Of a DNA stretch of 64,000 nucleotides, positions 46,533 through 56,538 are shown piece by piece. Positions within the stretch are counted from its first letter, which is position 1, and every line of letters begins with the position of its first letter. The notes beneath the pieces were generated by a model that was not told the origin of the DNA, searched no databases, and saw only the letters and a list, made by a program, of their open reading frames with translations. The translations under genes and the position numbers were made by a program. Location: positions 222,399 through 286,398 of the forward strand of contig CAWGYY010000004.1 of the NCBI GenBank assembly GCA_963826945.1, in the 5' to 3' direction. The stretch comes from an uncultured Alphaproteobacteria bacterium (GTDB lineage Bacteria > Pseudomonadota > Alphaproteobacteria > Rhizobiales > Xanthobacteraceae).

Positions 46533-49500
46533 GAAGCTCGCTCCCGACGAGCGTCAAGATCGATCGCGTGTTGCAGGTCCCCAGCGATCGAATCCGCATC
46601 GGACAAGGCGGCTGATCGCAGCCAAAAACGTCGCTGCATCGGCTTTACGAGATAAAGATTCTTACCAATGAAAACACGTAAGTCCGGCATTAGCTGGAAA
46701 TTGCCTGCGATAGGTTGATGAATGTGCTGCATAATTCTCGACAACGCATCGCCGAGAAGAACAACATCTTCCTCATTGTAGGCTAGTCCCTGATCGGAGC
46801 CGTTAAGGGCCAAACGCAGCACCCCAATATCCGCATTTTTGGCTTCGAGAGTGGCGTGAAGGCGATTTCCGCCCTGCAACCACTCATCGACACTACGCAT
46901 CAACGTTGCGGCATATTCTCGTCGCTCAGGTTCGGTAGGCGACTTCCATAAATCGGGGAAACTGCCTTGGTGCGGCTGAACGGCGGGCATTATGCGTTCA
47001 ATCATGTCATCGATGAGAATGATCTCATCATTGGACAGGCAAAAGTATTCGTAGGACCATCTATCGATTTCAGAGAGCGTCGTGCTGTCGTTCTGATCTG
47101 ATGTAAGCGGCAAGCCGAGGTTCGCGATCTCCCGATCGATCACAGCAATCAATTTTTCAGACGCAGCTTCCGCCCGTCTCGGCTCTGGCAGATCGCCGGA
47201 TGATGGAAACGGCAAATGGAGCAACTCCGACTGCTTCACCTCCGGCCGCTCCGAACCAAATGAAGCCGTGCCGTGGAATGCAAACCAGGCGGCGACCCGG
47301 CTATTGAGCAACGCCGCAAGAAGCTTGCCCCTTGCCTTTTCAGCGGGCGGGACAGTGACGCCCTGAATGATGTCCTGGAACGTCAGATCAGTTTCCGTGT
47401 ATGAAGCGCGAAGGCGCCCAAGAGAGGTCGTGCGGGGCACGAGAATGCGCGCACCCGAGAACGCAGCTTCAAAGCCTTTTCGGCGAACGCGTTTCGAGTG
47501 CGCTGGCCGGAGATAGGAAACCGTCTGCGCGATGGGACGGAAGGCGTCGATGGGCAGGTCGGGAAGCGTACCAACGAGCTTGCTCATCGAATATTTGGAA
47601 GGGCGCTGACCTTCCTGCGGTTCATTGTATGGCTGATAGCCCATTCCAATGACCCATTGCCCAGCCGCGCTTTGCCGACTACGACTGAGGCTCCCGTATT
47701 CTTTTATCAGGAAGCTAAGCCTCGGTAATTGCGAAAAATAGCTGAAGAGCTTTGCCTCAGGTTCGTGCATCCATAAACGACGTTTGAAGGCCAGGGCGTC
47801 GGACTGCGCGCTGGTTGAAGTCATGATGAACCTATCCGCGCTGCTGAGCGTGATCATTCGCTTGATTTGTAGGTTCAAATCGGCCTTCGGTGCCCAATAT
47901 TCAAAGTGATATTCGGAATCTTGTTCGTGATTAGGTACGTACATAATCAGAGCGGTCGGGCGGATGGCGCCGTCGAACAATTGGAAACGCAAGTCAGCGA
48001 AATTGATAATCCGACGGACGCGGCTTTCCCGAATGAGGCGCTTGCGGGCTGAAAGTGAACTGTCGGCGTGATTGTGTAGGAAGCCCATTGCCGGAAGGAG
48101 AAAGGCAGCTAATCCATCAGGTCGCAGGAGCCGCAAAGCCTTCCACACAAAGGCCCATGCGTCTTCGCGGCCCGGCATTGGCAAGCCATGCTTCCGGCAC
48201 CATCGTACGGATGAACGGTTGGGGCCGCGCCAACTCGTCCAGGGTGGGTTTCCGACGATCACGTTGAAGACAGATGTCGCGGGGTCGGAATCGTCAAAGA
48301 AATCACGGTGAACAAGCGTGTCGCCCCAAAGTTCGGGCAGTATCTTCTTGTTCTTGACCAACACGCGAAGATCGGGCGGTTCCACCTCTTCGAGAAGGGC
48401 TACATACAACGAAAAGACGGCGACCCGTACTGCGCCTCCATTGAGATCCCATCCGTGAATGCGCCGCAGCATGGCGACCAAGCTGTCCCAACGAATTTTT
48501 TTGGCCCGGTGCCTTACTCTCCAATTCTCGCAAAGCCGTTGAAACGAACGCACCAAAAAGACGCCCGAGCCACATGCCGGGTCGAGGAACTGGCCCCTTT
48601 CTTTAACCACTGGAGAGAGTAACTCCCAAAACTGCGAGACCACGGTATCCGCGAGATACATGGGTGTGTAGTACGCGCCTTGCGCTTTACGGTCTTCCTC
48701 CCGCTCACCGAGAAAGCGATCATAGACTGCGCTTACCAATTCGATTGGAATGAAACGAAAGTCGTATCCCCAAAATCGATATTGACCACCCTTCGCCATT
48801 TCCTCGCGTCCGCTTCGAAAGCTCGCAAGCACGTCAAGGTGTTCCACTTTAACTGATGGTGCTTTTGCGCGCGGATCGAACGAGCACGGCGCGACGAAAA
48901 GATTGCCGTTGAAATCATCTTTAAGCGTCGCAAATAGCAAGCTGAGATATTTCACATCTCTCCGTGCGAGCAACGATGAAAAGCTATCGGCCGCGTCGCG
49001 AGTCGCGTCCTTAAAATAATCCGCGGTGATGATTTTCCTATCTTCAAGATAAGCAATAAACATCGTCTGAATGAGCAACGCTTGCGCAGCGTCGGGCGAC
49101 AGGCTTTTGCAAAGCGATTTATGCAACTCGGTCAGGTTGTCGAGCAGAACTTGGTCAATGCGCTCCTTCGGCCGAAAGAAATCCGCATGTTCCTTCCAGA
49201 GGCGCCCGGATTCCGCTCCATAGACAATATTGCAAATCTTAAGTGCGTCGGCGGTAGCGTTGAGCGCCTCAATCAGGCAGCGTTGATCAAACTCATGGCC
49301 CCACTCTCTCTGAGGTGTTCTTGCAAGAGAATAAGCGCGTAGCGTGTCGCCAGCCGTAACGAGAAGAAGACTAGCGAGACCCTGGTTCCAGAGCGCACCG
49401 TGAATATTGACAACGCTTGCTGTGTCGAACTGGGCGACGTTCAGAAGCGCGATCGTTGGGACACCTTGAACGCAAAAGATACCCGACAGGCCGAGTTCGT

Positions 49501-50131
49501 CGAGTGCGGTACGGATCGCCAGCGCATGAGGCGTGTCTACTACCGCGTCGGCTGTCTCGTAGAACTCCGGCGCATGCCGGTTGGCAAGGCTTAGCCGTTC
49601 TTTCCATTCCGGCGCCAGCGGAAGCGCGCTCACCTCACTCATGCCCGTTGCCTCCGCGCTCGTCTTTCGTGTGCGGAGAGTCGGAATAGATGGACGCTGC
49701 TGACTGGCGGCCAAGGGAAGCGTGCGAGACATCGCGTCTCGCACCAAGGCAATAATGGGGCTTAGCGGACAAACGATGACGAGGTTCTGACCAGTAGGCT
49801 CTTGGGTGGCTTCTATAATTCGGCAGGTTCGCTGCTGAATATCCACAAGGAGTGTTTTGCCTTCCAGCGTGACCCACGAATTGGCGTTGCAAATTTCCAC
49901 CGCCGCCTGAGAGATTTCCGGCAATAGGCCGACGCGAATGCCGCATTGATCGGTCAGGCGCCGAAGTATGCCGGCCGCGAGCAGATCGTCGATTGAAAAT
50001 CGGGAGGAATATCTTTTGCGCTGAGCGAATGGGGGCAAAACGCGCTTCCAGTGGCGAAATGTTTCCACCGAAATGCCGAGCGTGCTGCGAAGCTGAGTTT
50101 GGCTGAATTCCACGGGCCCAATCCCAAACAA
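46529..50131 (-). CDS. large gamma-class N6-adenine DNA methyltransferase (type IIG/IIL- or PglX-like) with N-terminal MerR-like HTH extension
   Basis: 1200-aa intact ORF. Motifs: GAYYTPMYLADTVV, motif I LDPACGSGVFLV, motif IV VIVGNPPWTSW. Helical region: LLIQTMFIAYLEDRKII. N-terminal approx 160 aa: QTQLRSTLGISVETFRHWKRVL...RFSIDDLLAAGILRRL. Confidence 0.85.
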   Translation of the reverse strand: MFGIGPVEFSQTQLRSTLGISVETFRHWKRVLPPFAQRKRYSSRFSIDDLLAAGILRRLTDQCGIRVGLLPEISQAAVEICNANSWVTLEGKTLLVDIQQRTCRIIEATQEPTGQNLVIVCPLSPIIALVRDAMSRTLPLAASQQRPSIPTLRTRKTSAEATGMSEVSALPLAPEWKERLSLANRHAPEFYETADAVVDTPHALAIRTALDELGLSGIFCVQGVPTIALLNVAQFDTASVVNIHGALWNQGLASLLLVTAGDTLRAYSLARTPQREWGHEFDQRCLIEALNATADALKICNIVYGAESGRLWKEHADFFRPKERIDQVLLDNLTELHKSLCKSLSPDAAQALLIQTMFIAYLEDRKIITADYFKDATRDAADSFSSLLARRDVKYLSLLFATLKDDFNGNLFVAPCSFDPRAKAPSVKVEHLDVLASFRSGREEMAKGGQYRFWGYDFRFIPIELVSAVYDRFLGEREEDRKAQGAYYTPMYLADTVVSQFWELLSPVVKERGQFLDPACGSGVFLVRSFQRLCENWRVRHRAKKIRWDSLVAMLRRIHGWDLNGGAVRVAVFSLYVALLEEVEPPDLRVLVKNKKILPELWGDTLVHRDFFDDSDPATSVFNVIVGNPPWTSWRGPNRSSVRWCRKHGLPMPGREDAWAFVWKALRLLRPDGLAAFLLPAMGFLHNHADSSLSARKRLIRESRVRRIINFADLRFQLFDGAIRPTALIMYVPNHEQDSEYHFEYWAPKADLNLQIKRMITLSSADRFIMTSTSAQSDALAFKRRLWMHEPEAKLFSYFSQLPRLSFLIKEYGSLSRSRQSAAGQWVIGMGYQPYNEPQEGQRPSKYSMSKLVGTLPDLPIDAFRPIAQTVSYLRPAHSKRVRRKGFEAAFSGARILVPRTTSLGRLRASYTETDLTFQDIIQGVTVPPAEKARGKLLAALLNSRVAAWFAFHGTASFGSERPEVKQSELLHLPFPSSGDLPEPRRAEAASEKLIAVIDREIANLGLPLTSDQNDSTTLSEIDRWSYEYFCLSNDEIILIDDMIERIMPAVQPHQGSFPDLWKSPTEPERREYAATLMRSVDEWLQGGNRLHATLEAKNADIGVLRLALNGSDQGLAYNEEDVVLLGDALSRIMQHIHQPIAGNFQLMPDLRVFIGKNLYLVKPMQRRFWLRSAALSDADSIAGDLQHAIDLDARRERAS

Positions 50132-50210
50132 GTGTGGGGTGAACCCCAGAACGGACTGTAGGTCTAAGAGGTTAACCGGTCAATAACTTTGTACCTGATT
50201 TGTTCTATTG

Positions 50211-50243
50211 TAGAGAATTTTATATCTAAATAGAGAATTTATA
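50211..50243. promoter_or_regulatory. two direct repeats TAGAGAATTT(T)ATA spaced 20 bp apart in the AT-rich region upstream of the HTH-methyltransferase
   Basis: Repeats at 50211-50224 and 50231-50243; candidate operator (controller-box-like). Confidence 0.35.
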
Positions 50244-50775
50244 ATTGAATCAGGGATTTAACCAAAAGTAATATGCCTATCGGCTGGACGGGAATCAAAG
50301 CGCAAAAACATACGTGAGGCCGTGCGGCCAAAAGCCAAACGCAGGAGCCTTCCGCTTTGCGCGGCAGGGCAAATTTAATGACGGAGATGGGCGCCGTCAC
50401 GGCTGCCCGCCCGGGGTCTCAATTCCGCAAGGCAAAGTATGTGCACCTCGACAAGCCCGCGCGCCCTCTGAGCAATCCGCGCGGATTCCACCGCAGGATT
50501 AGTTGAGGCTACGTCTCTTGATGCGGCTTTCGGCGGAGGTGCTGCGGATACTGGTGCTACCTTTGGATCGGCGCGAAAGCCGCCCTGCATCCCAAATGCC
50601 ATGAATGCTCGGTCCTGGCCGCGTTCTAAATCATTTTCGTAAGAAGACGGCCAACCCATTCTAATTTCTTCCGTTGGATCGATCTGACCTCATGCATGCT
50701 GCACGGAAATGAACGCCACGGCTACGGCAAAAAAATGGCTGTGAAAGATGGTCGTTGCCCGGCGGCGTACAGAGA

Positions 50776-51031
50776 TTATCGCTCTTCAAAGCGATCCAGC
50801 CTGTCCGGCACTTCGCCGAACGTTTTCAAAATGATGGCGTCGTTAAAACTCCCCTTTCTCGGATCGCCCGAGCGTTTTGAACGCGAGCGCGCCGACATGG
50901 AGAGGGTTCCGCGCCATCGCCTCCGCGCAGCGGATGGCCGCTGACGGGTTTGGCATTTCCTGTGCGTCGCCCGGTGCTGCGCCATCTTCCGTTCGAACGA
51001 ACGGCAAGGCGACATAATAAGTCACGGACAT
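50776..51031 (-). pseudogene. small conserved hypothetical protein, frameshifted near 50880
   Basis: MSVTYYVALPFVRTEDGAAPGDAQEMPNPSAAIRCAEAMARNPLHVGALAF (ORF 50843..51031) continues as RSGDPRKGSFNDAIILKTFGEVPDRLDRFEER in the frame of ORF 50776..51015. Confidence 0.5.
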
Positions 51032-51043
51032 TTCGACCTCCCG

Positions 51044-51178
51044 TCAGGCGGCTTGATCCTCTTTCTCTCCCGTAGCGACGACCTTGAGCGTGCGGTCCGG
51101 CAATGGGCGCTGAAGCTTCAGCGTCTCTTCCGCCGGTGCCGTCATCCACTGCTCGATCTCGGCATCGTTCGTCAGGAT
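51044..51178 (-). pseudogene. C-terminal remnant of an SOS-response-associated peptidase (SRAP/YedK-like)
   Basis: ...ILTNDAEIEQWMTAPAEETLKLQRPLPDRTLKVVATGEKEDQAA* resembles, from memory, the conserved SRAP C-terminus (..W...P..EA..LQRPLPD..L..V). Confidence 0.45.
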
Positions 51179-51277
51179 CAACTGCCGGCAGATGATTACT
51201 TTGCCTTTCAGATCGATGCCGTGAACTTGAAAAGCCGACTTGGCGATGTCGAGGCCAATTGTCGTGATCGCTTGCAT
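51179..51277 (-). mobile_element. IS110-family transposase 5' remnant (first approx 33 codons)
   Basis: MQAITTIGLDIAKSAFQVHGIDLKGKVIICRQL is the typical IS110 (DEDD) transposase N-terminus, fused in frame to the SRAP remnant. Confidence 0.55.
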
Positions 51278-51873
51278 GTTCAGTTCCTCCGAATCGTGGG
51301 AGCCTCAACAGCACCCGCATCCATGGCACTCACGCGCCGGTGGAGGAGCCGTCCACAGCATCAGATTCGTAGCTTGCGGCCCTAACTGCGGCGTAGAGCT
51401 GACTGGCTCAAAAACCTGTCGCTAATTTCTGCCGCTAATGCCGCTAATATGGCAAATAAGTAATTGATTTTATTACGTAACGATCCATCCCGTAGGGAGC
51501 GCCAGTAAAATTGAATGGAATGCGTTGAGCGTTTGCGCGGCCCGTTTGGCAGCGCATTGAACCGGCAGCTAAGAAGCGCGCCGGCCGTAGTGGCGCTGGG
51601 CAATTAGCAGCCCTCGTCAACGACCTACACCGTCGATCGCGATCTCAGGACCGCGGACCGCAGGCGATGTGCTTGTCGGCGATGTTGCCGGCCGGCGTGA
51701 TTGCGCGCCGGCGTAGGGAGTTGTTGGCGCTTGAGCATCGTCGCGTGGCGCCGCTCGGCTCCGCCCCACGCGCGTAACCCATAAAGAGAGAACCCGCGGA
51801 CATTGACAGTATACTGAAAGAATGTGTACTGTTTAATTAAAAGGGAGGCGGCGATCCTCCCGGGAGGAAGCTT

Positions 51874-53095
51874 ATGCCGATTGCATCGAATCCCGGACCG
51901 ACAGCAATTGTGGCTGGAGGCGGAATTGGCGGTTTGGCGGCCGCCTTGGGTCTCGCCAATAACGGTTGCCGCGTCACCGTGCTCGAACAGGCCGACGAGT
52001 TCGGCGAAATCGGCGCCGGTATTCAGATCGGGCCGAACGCCTTCCACGCCATGGACTATCTCGGCGTCGGCGATGCCGGCCGCGCCAAGGCGGTCTACAT
52101 CGATGATCTGATCATGATGGACGGCATGACCGGGGAACAGGTGTTTCGCGGTCCTCTGAACGAACCGTTCCGCAAATATTTCGGCAACCCCTATGCCGTG
52201 ATCCACCGCGCCGACCTGCATGGGACGCTGCTCGACGCCTGCCGAGCGCATAAAGCGATTACCCTCGTCAACAGAGAACGGGTTGTTGCCTACGAGAACA
52301 CGGCAAACGGCGCGCGCTTACGAACCGAGGCCGGTCGCGTCTATGAAGCCGATGCGGTGATCGGTGCCGATGGCGTGCGTTCCAAAATCCGCGAGCAGCT
52401 CACCGGGGGCGATCAACTGCGCGTTTCCGGCCATGTGGCCTATCGCGCGGTACTGCCGATCGAGAAAATGCCGGAGGACTTGCGCTGGAACGCGGCCGCG
52501 CTGTGGGCCGGCCCGAAATGCCATATGGTGCATTATCCGCTGCAGGGCTGGCGCTCATTCAATTTGGTGGCCACCTTCGTCACCGACATCGAGCACGTCG
52601 GCAGCAACGAGCCGGGCACGCGGGAAGAGGTGCTTGGCCGCTTCGCGAATATCGTGCCGAAAGCACGCAAGCTGTTGGAAATTCCGACGCGAGTGGCGGC
52701 GTTGGGTGCTCGCCGACCGCGACCCGATCGGCAATTGGACCGACGGTCGCGTCACGCTGCTGGGAGATGCCGCACACCCGACGTACCAATATTTTGCTCA
52801 AGGCGCCTGCATGGCGATGGAGGATGCGGTTTGTCTTGCCGATAAATTTGCCAGGAGCGGTGGCGACTTCGCCGCGGCTTTCCAGGCTTATCAGGACGAG
52901 CGCATTCCGCGCGCGTACCGTGTGGTGCTGTCCTCACGCGAGCTCGGCCGGGTCTATCACGCCGATGGCGTTGAACGCTTGGTGCGCAACGCCTGGCTTA
53001 GGGGCAAAACGCCGGAGCAGTTCTACAGCAGCATGCAGTGGTTGTACGGCGGAAACGGTCTCGTCGGCGCCGGACGGCAACGCGCCGCCGCCTGA
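51874..53095 (+). pseudogene. FAD-dependent aromatic hydroxylase (3-hydroxybenzoate 6-hydroxylase / salicylate hydroxylase-like), 1-nt insertion near 52690
   Basis: IVAGGGIGGLAAALGL...DAVIGADGVRSKIR in ORF 51874..52845. It continues as EWRRWVLADRDPIGNWTDGRVTLLGDAAHPTYQYFAQGACMAMEDA in ORF 52364..53095. Confidence 0.8.
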
Positions 53096-53167
53096 TCCTC
53101 GCGCGCTGCCCCGTCGTCGGACAGTGCCGCGCAGTTAACTTTGCCGTCACATGGAGGAAGGAAGCAC

Positions 53168-54212
53168 ATGAGCGCGCTTGGAACATTGAGCGAATTGCCG
53201 ACTGACTATGTCGACGGGCTAACCGCTCACAATCTGGTGCCGCTGTGGCCGAGCCTGCGCAAAGCGCTGCCGCACGGCGCTCCGTTTCGCCGGACACGGC
53301 CGGTGGTCTGGCATTATGCCGACGCGCGGCCTCGACTGCTGGAAGCCGGTGCGCTGACACCGATCGAGAAGGCCGAGCGTCGCGTACTGGTTCTCGCCAA
53401 TCCGGGCCTTGGGCTCGAAAACATGCAGGCAACGCCCTCGATCTATATTGGTCTGCAATTGATCATGCCCGGAGAAACGGCGCCCAATCACCGCCATACA
53501 CCGAGCGCCGTGCGGTTTGTGATCGAGGGCGAGGGCGGCTTTACCATCGTCGATGGCGAGAAGCTGCCGATGGAGCGCGGCGATCTGATCCTGACGCCGG
53601 CGCTCCTTTGGCACGAACACCGCCACGAGGGCTCCGGCCCGGTGATCTGGCTCGACGCACTCGATTTGCCCACAGTTTTCGCGCAAGAGGCTTCCTATGC
53701 CCTCGAAGGGCCGCCGCAAGCCGTGCGCAACCAGCCCGATCACTCGCAGACCCATTATCGGAAGGCGGGACTGCTGCCGTACCGCACGCTCGGCGGCCCG
53801 CGCGCTGCTTATCCGCTGCTGCGCTATTCGTGGAAAGAAGTCCGCGAGGCGCTGCAGTCGCTGGCGAAGTGTGACCGAAGCCGGCGAAGTTGTGCATTTG
53901 GCTTACGTAAATCCCGAGACCGGTCTTGAATGCTTGCCGGTGCTCGGCTTCTCGTCGATGATGCTGCGACCGGGTGAGATTGCGAAGCCGCCGCGGCGTT
54001 CTGCTTCGGCCGTGCTGCATGTGATCGAGGGTGAAGTCGAGGCGGAAATCGACGGCGTCACGCTTCGCGCGGATACCAATGACACCGTGGCGGTGCCGAC
54101 CCACGCCAAGGTGACGATGGCCAACAAATCGGCGCGCAACCCGGCTTTTATCTTCCAGGTCGATGATGCCCCGATGCAGCGCAAGCTCGGCTTTTTCGAG
54201 CTGTTCAACTGA
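53168..54212 (+). pseudogene. gentisate 1,2-dioxygenase (bicupin), 1-nt insertion near 53870
   Basis: [36 protein letters not shown]...WHEHRHEG in frame 1. It continues as [18 protein letters not shown]...SASAVLHVIEGEVEAEIDG in ORF 53697..54212. Confidence 0.85.
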
Positions 54213-54285
54213 AAAACACTTAGGCAAAGAGATCGGCCAGGACGGATCGGCTGGCACTAACACGGTTCAGAGGGTGAACTTTTTG

Positions 54286-54747
54286 ATGCAGCTAAAGGAT
54301 TTGCATTCTAAACCCGGCCATCTCATCCGCCGCGCGCAACAGATCGCCGTTGCGATATTCATGGAGGAGTGCGCGGGCTTCGACCTCACGCCGGTGCAGT
54401 ACGCCGCACTCGTGGCGATCCGCGAGAATCCGGGCATCGATGCCACGCGATTATCGGCGTTGATCGCTTTCGATCGCTCAACGCTCGGCGTTGTCCTGGA
54501 GCGGCTGGAAGCGCGCAAGCTGGTGAAGCGCTATTCCTCCCCGGACGACAAGCGGATCAAGCTATTGAAGGTTTCGGTCGCAGGCAGCGCACTGGTCAAG
54601 CGCGCCGAGGCCGCGGTGGTGCGCGCACAGGAGCGAATCCTGGCGCCGCTGCGGGCGAGTGACCGCAATACGCTGATGGAGTTGCTCGGCCAATTGGTCG
54701 ATCTGAACAATGAAGCGTCGCGGGTACCGCTACGGCTCGCCGGATAA
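54286..54747 (+). CDS. MarR family transcriptional regulator
   Basis: MQLKDLHSKPGHLIRRAQQIAVAIFMEECAGFDLTPVQYAALVAIRENPGIDATRLSALIAFDRSTLGVVLERLEARKLVKR. Confidence 0.85.
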   Translation: MQLKDLHSKPGHLIRRAQQIAVAIFMEECAGFDLTPVQYAALVAIRENPGIDATRLSALIAFDRSTLGVVLERLEARKLVKRYSSPDDKRIKLLKVSVAGSALVKRAEAAVVRAQERILAPLRASDRNTLMELLGQLVDLNNEASRVPLRLAG

Positions 54748-54810
54748 CGATCGGGACAGTCGGCACGCGCATCTGTTGGCGGGCTGAGCGCAGGGGGAGC
54801 CATTTTCCCG

Positions 54811-56415
54811 CTAACCGGATACGGATACATGCCCTTTGATCAGATCGGCGCCCTTCTCTCCGATCATGATGCTTGGTGCGTTGGTGTTGCCGCTCGGGAT
54901 GGTAGGCATCACCGAGGCATCGATGACACGCAAGCCGTCGATGCCGCGCACCCGCAGCTGATCGTCCACCACAGCCATCGGATCGCTGCCCATCTTGCAG
55001 GTGCCGACCCAGTGATGCTGCGACTGCGCGGTTCGCCGCGCGTAATCGAGAATCTCATCGTCGGTGCGGCAATCCGGGCCCGGAATCACTTCGCGCACGA
55101 TCCGCGACTTCAGCGGCTCGGTGGCGAAAATCCGCCGCATCATCCGTACGCCATTGATCACCGATTGGCGATCCCACTCGGCGTCGAGATAATTCGCGAC
55201 AATGATCGGCCGGTCGTTCGGGTCAGCCGAGCGCAGCGTAACTTTGCCTCGCGAATGCGGCCGCAGCGGCGAACACGACGATCCGATCGCCGGCGTCGAT
55301 CCGATCACCAGCGTTCCGGCTTTGCTGAATTCCCAGCTCACGGGCCGAAAGAAGATTTGCGTGTCCGGCCGTTCCGAGCCAGGCACGACCCTGACCCATG
55401 CGCAGGCTTGAGACGCCCCGGTCGTCAGCAAACCGCGATGTGTCAGCATGTAGTAGACGCCGTGCAGATAAACCCGCAGCCCGCGCAACTCCTTGTTGAT
55501 CGAACTGTCTTCCGTCGAATTGCAGGTGTGATGGATGTAGACGTGATCCTGCAGATTTTCGCCGACGCCGGGAAGATCCGCGATGACGGGAATGCCCAAT
55601 TCGCTCAACCTTGCTGCGGGACCAATCCCGGAACGCATCAGCACACGTGGTGAATTGAACACGCCAGCGGCGACGATGATCTCCTTGCCGGCCTCCTCGA
55701 CATGCAGTTCACCGCCGCGGCTGTACTCGACCGCAACGGCGCGTCCATCCTTGCATCTGAGCCGATGCACCAGCGCGCCGGTCACGATTGCCAGATTGGC
55801 GCGTCCTCGCGCCGGGGTGAGGAACGCATCGGCGCTCGGTGTGGCGCTTGCCTTTATAGATGGTGAACTGGATGTAGCCGACGCCTTCCTGGCGCTCGCC
55901 GTTGATGTCATCGTTGCGGCGAAGACCGGCATTCACGCCGGCCTCGATGAAGTCCGCGAGGCCGGCAGCTTGATCATCGGATCGCTGACGGCGAGCACTC
56001 CGTTCCGGCCGTGATAGTCGCTTGGCTCGCCTTCGCGGCGCTCTGATTTCTTGAAATAGGCGAGCACGTTTTCCCAGTCCCAGCCGCGATTGCCGAGCTG
56101 CCGCCAGCCGTCATAATCCTCCGGATGGCCGCGGACATAGGCCATGCCGTTGATCAGGCTGGTGCCGCCCAAGCCGCGCCCACGCGGCGCGTAAACCGAC
56201 CGGCCGCCAAGGTTCGGCTCCGGCTCGGTCGAATAGCCCCAGTTCAGTTTGCCTGGAAAGATCAGCCGGCCGACGCCCGAAGGCATGCCGACCCAGATGC
56301 TTCTGGGGCGCGGTCCGGCCTCCAGCAGCAGCACGCGTACGGCAGGATCTTCGGACAGCCTGCTGGCCACGACGCAGCCGGCAGAGCCTGCACCGATGAT
56401 AATGTAGTCGAACAT
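54811..56415 (-). pseudogene. GMC family oxidoreductase (choline-dehydrogenase-like), at least 2 frameshifts (about 55960 and about 55840)
   Basis: MFDYIIIGAGSAGCVVASRLSEDP... (ORF 55933..56415), GLADFIEAGVNAGLRRNDDINGERQEGVGYIQFT (third frame) and SADAFLTPARGRANLAIVTG...HHWVGTCKMG...GNTNAPSIMIGEKGAD (ORF 54811..55932). Confidence 0.85.
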
Positions 56416-56538
56416 TCCCGGGCTCCCCGGACCGTATTGCGTGCGAAGTGCTTGACGGCACCGTGCCGCTTTTGTTGGGTTTCACCCTACGCCAAGCCGG
56501 GCTGCGGCCGATAAAGAAATGTGACTTCGGGAGGAAAA

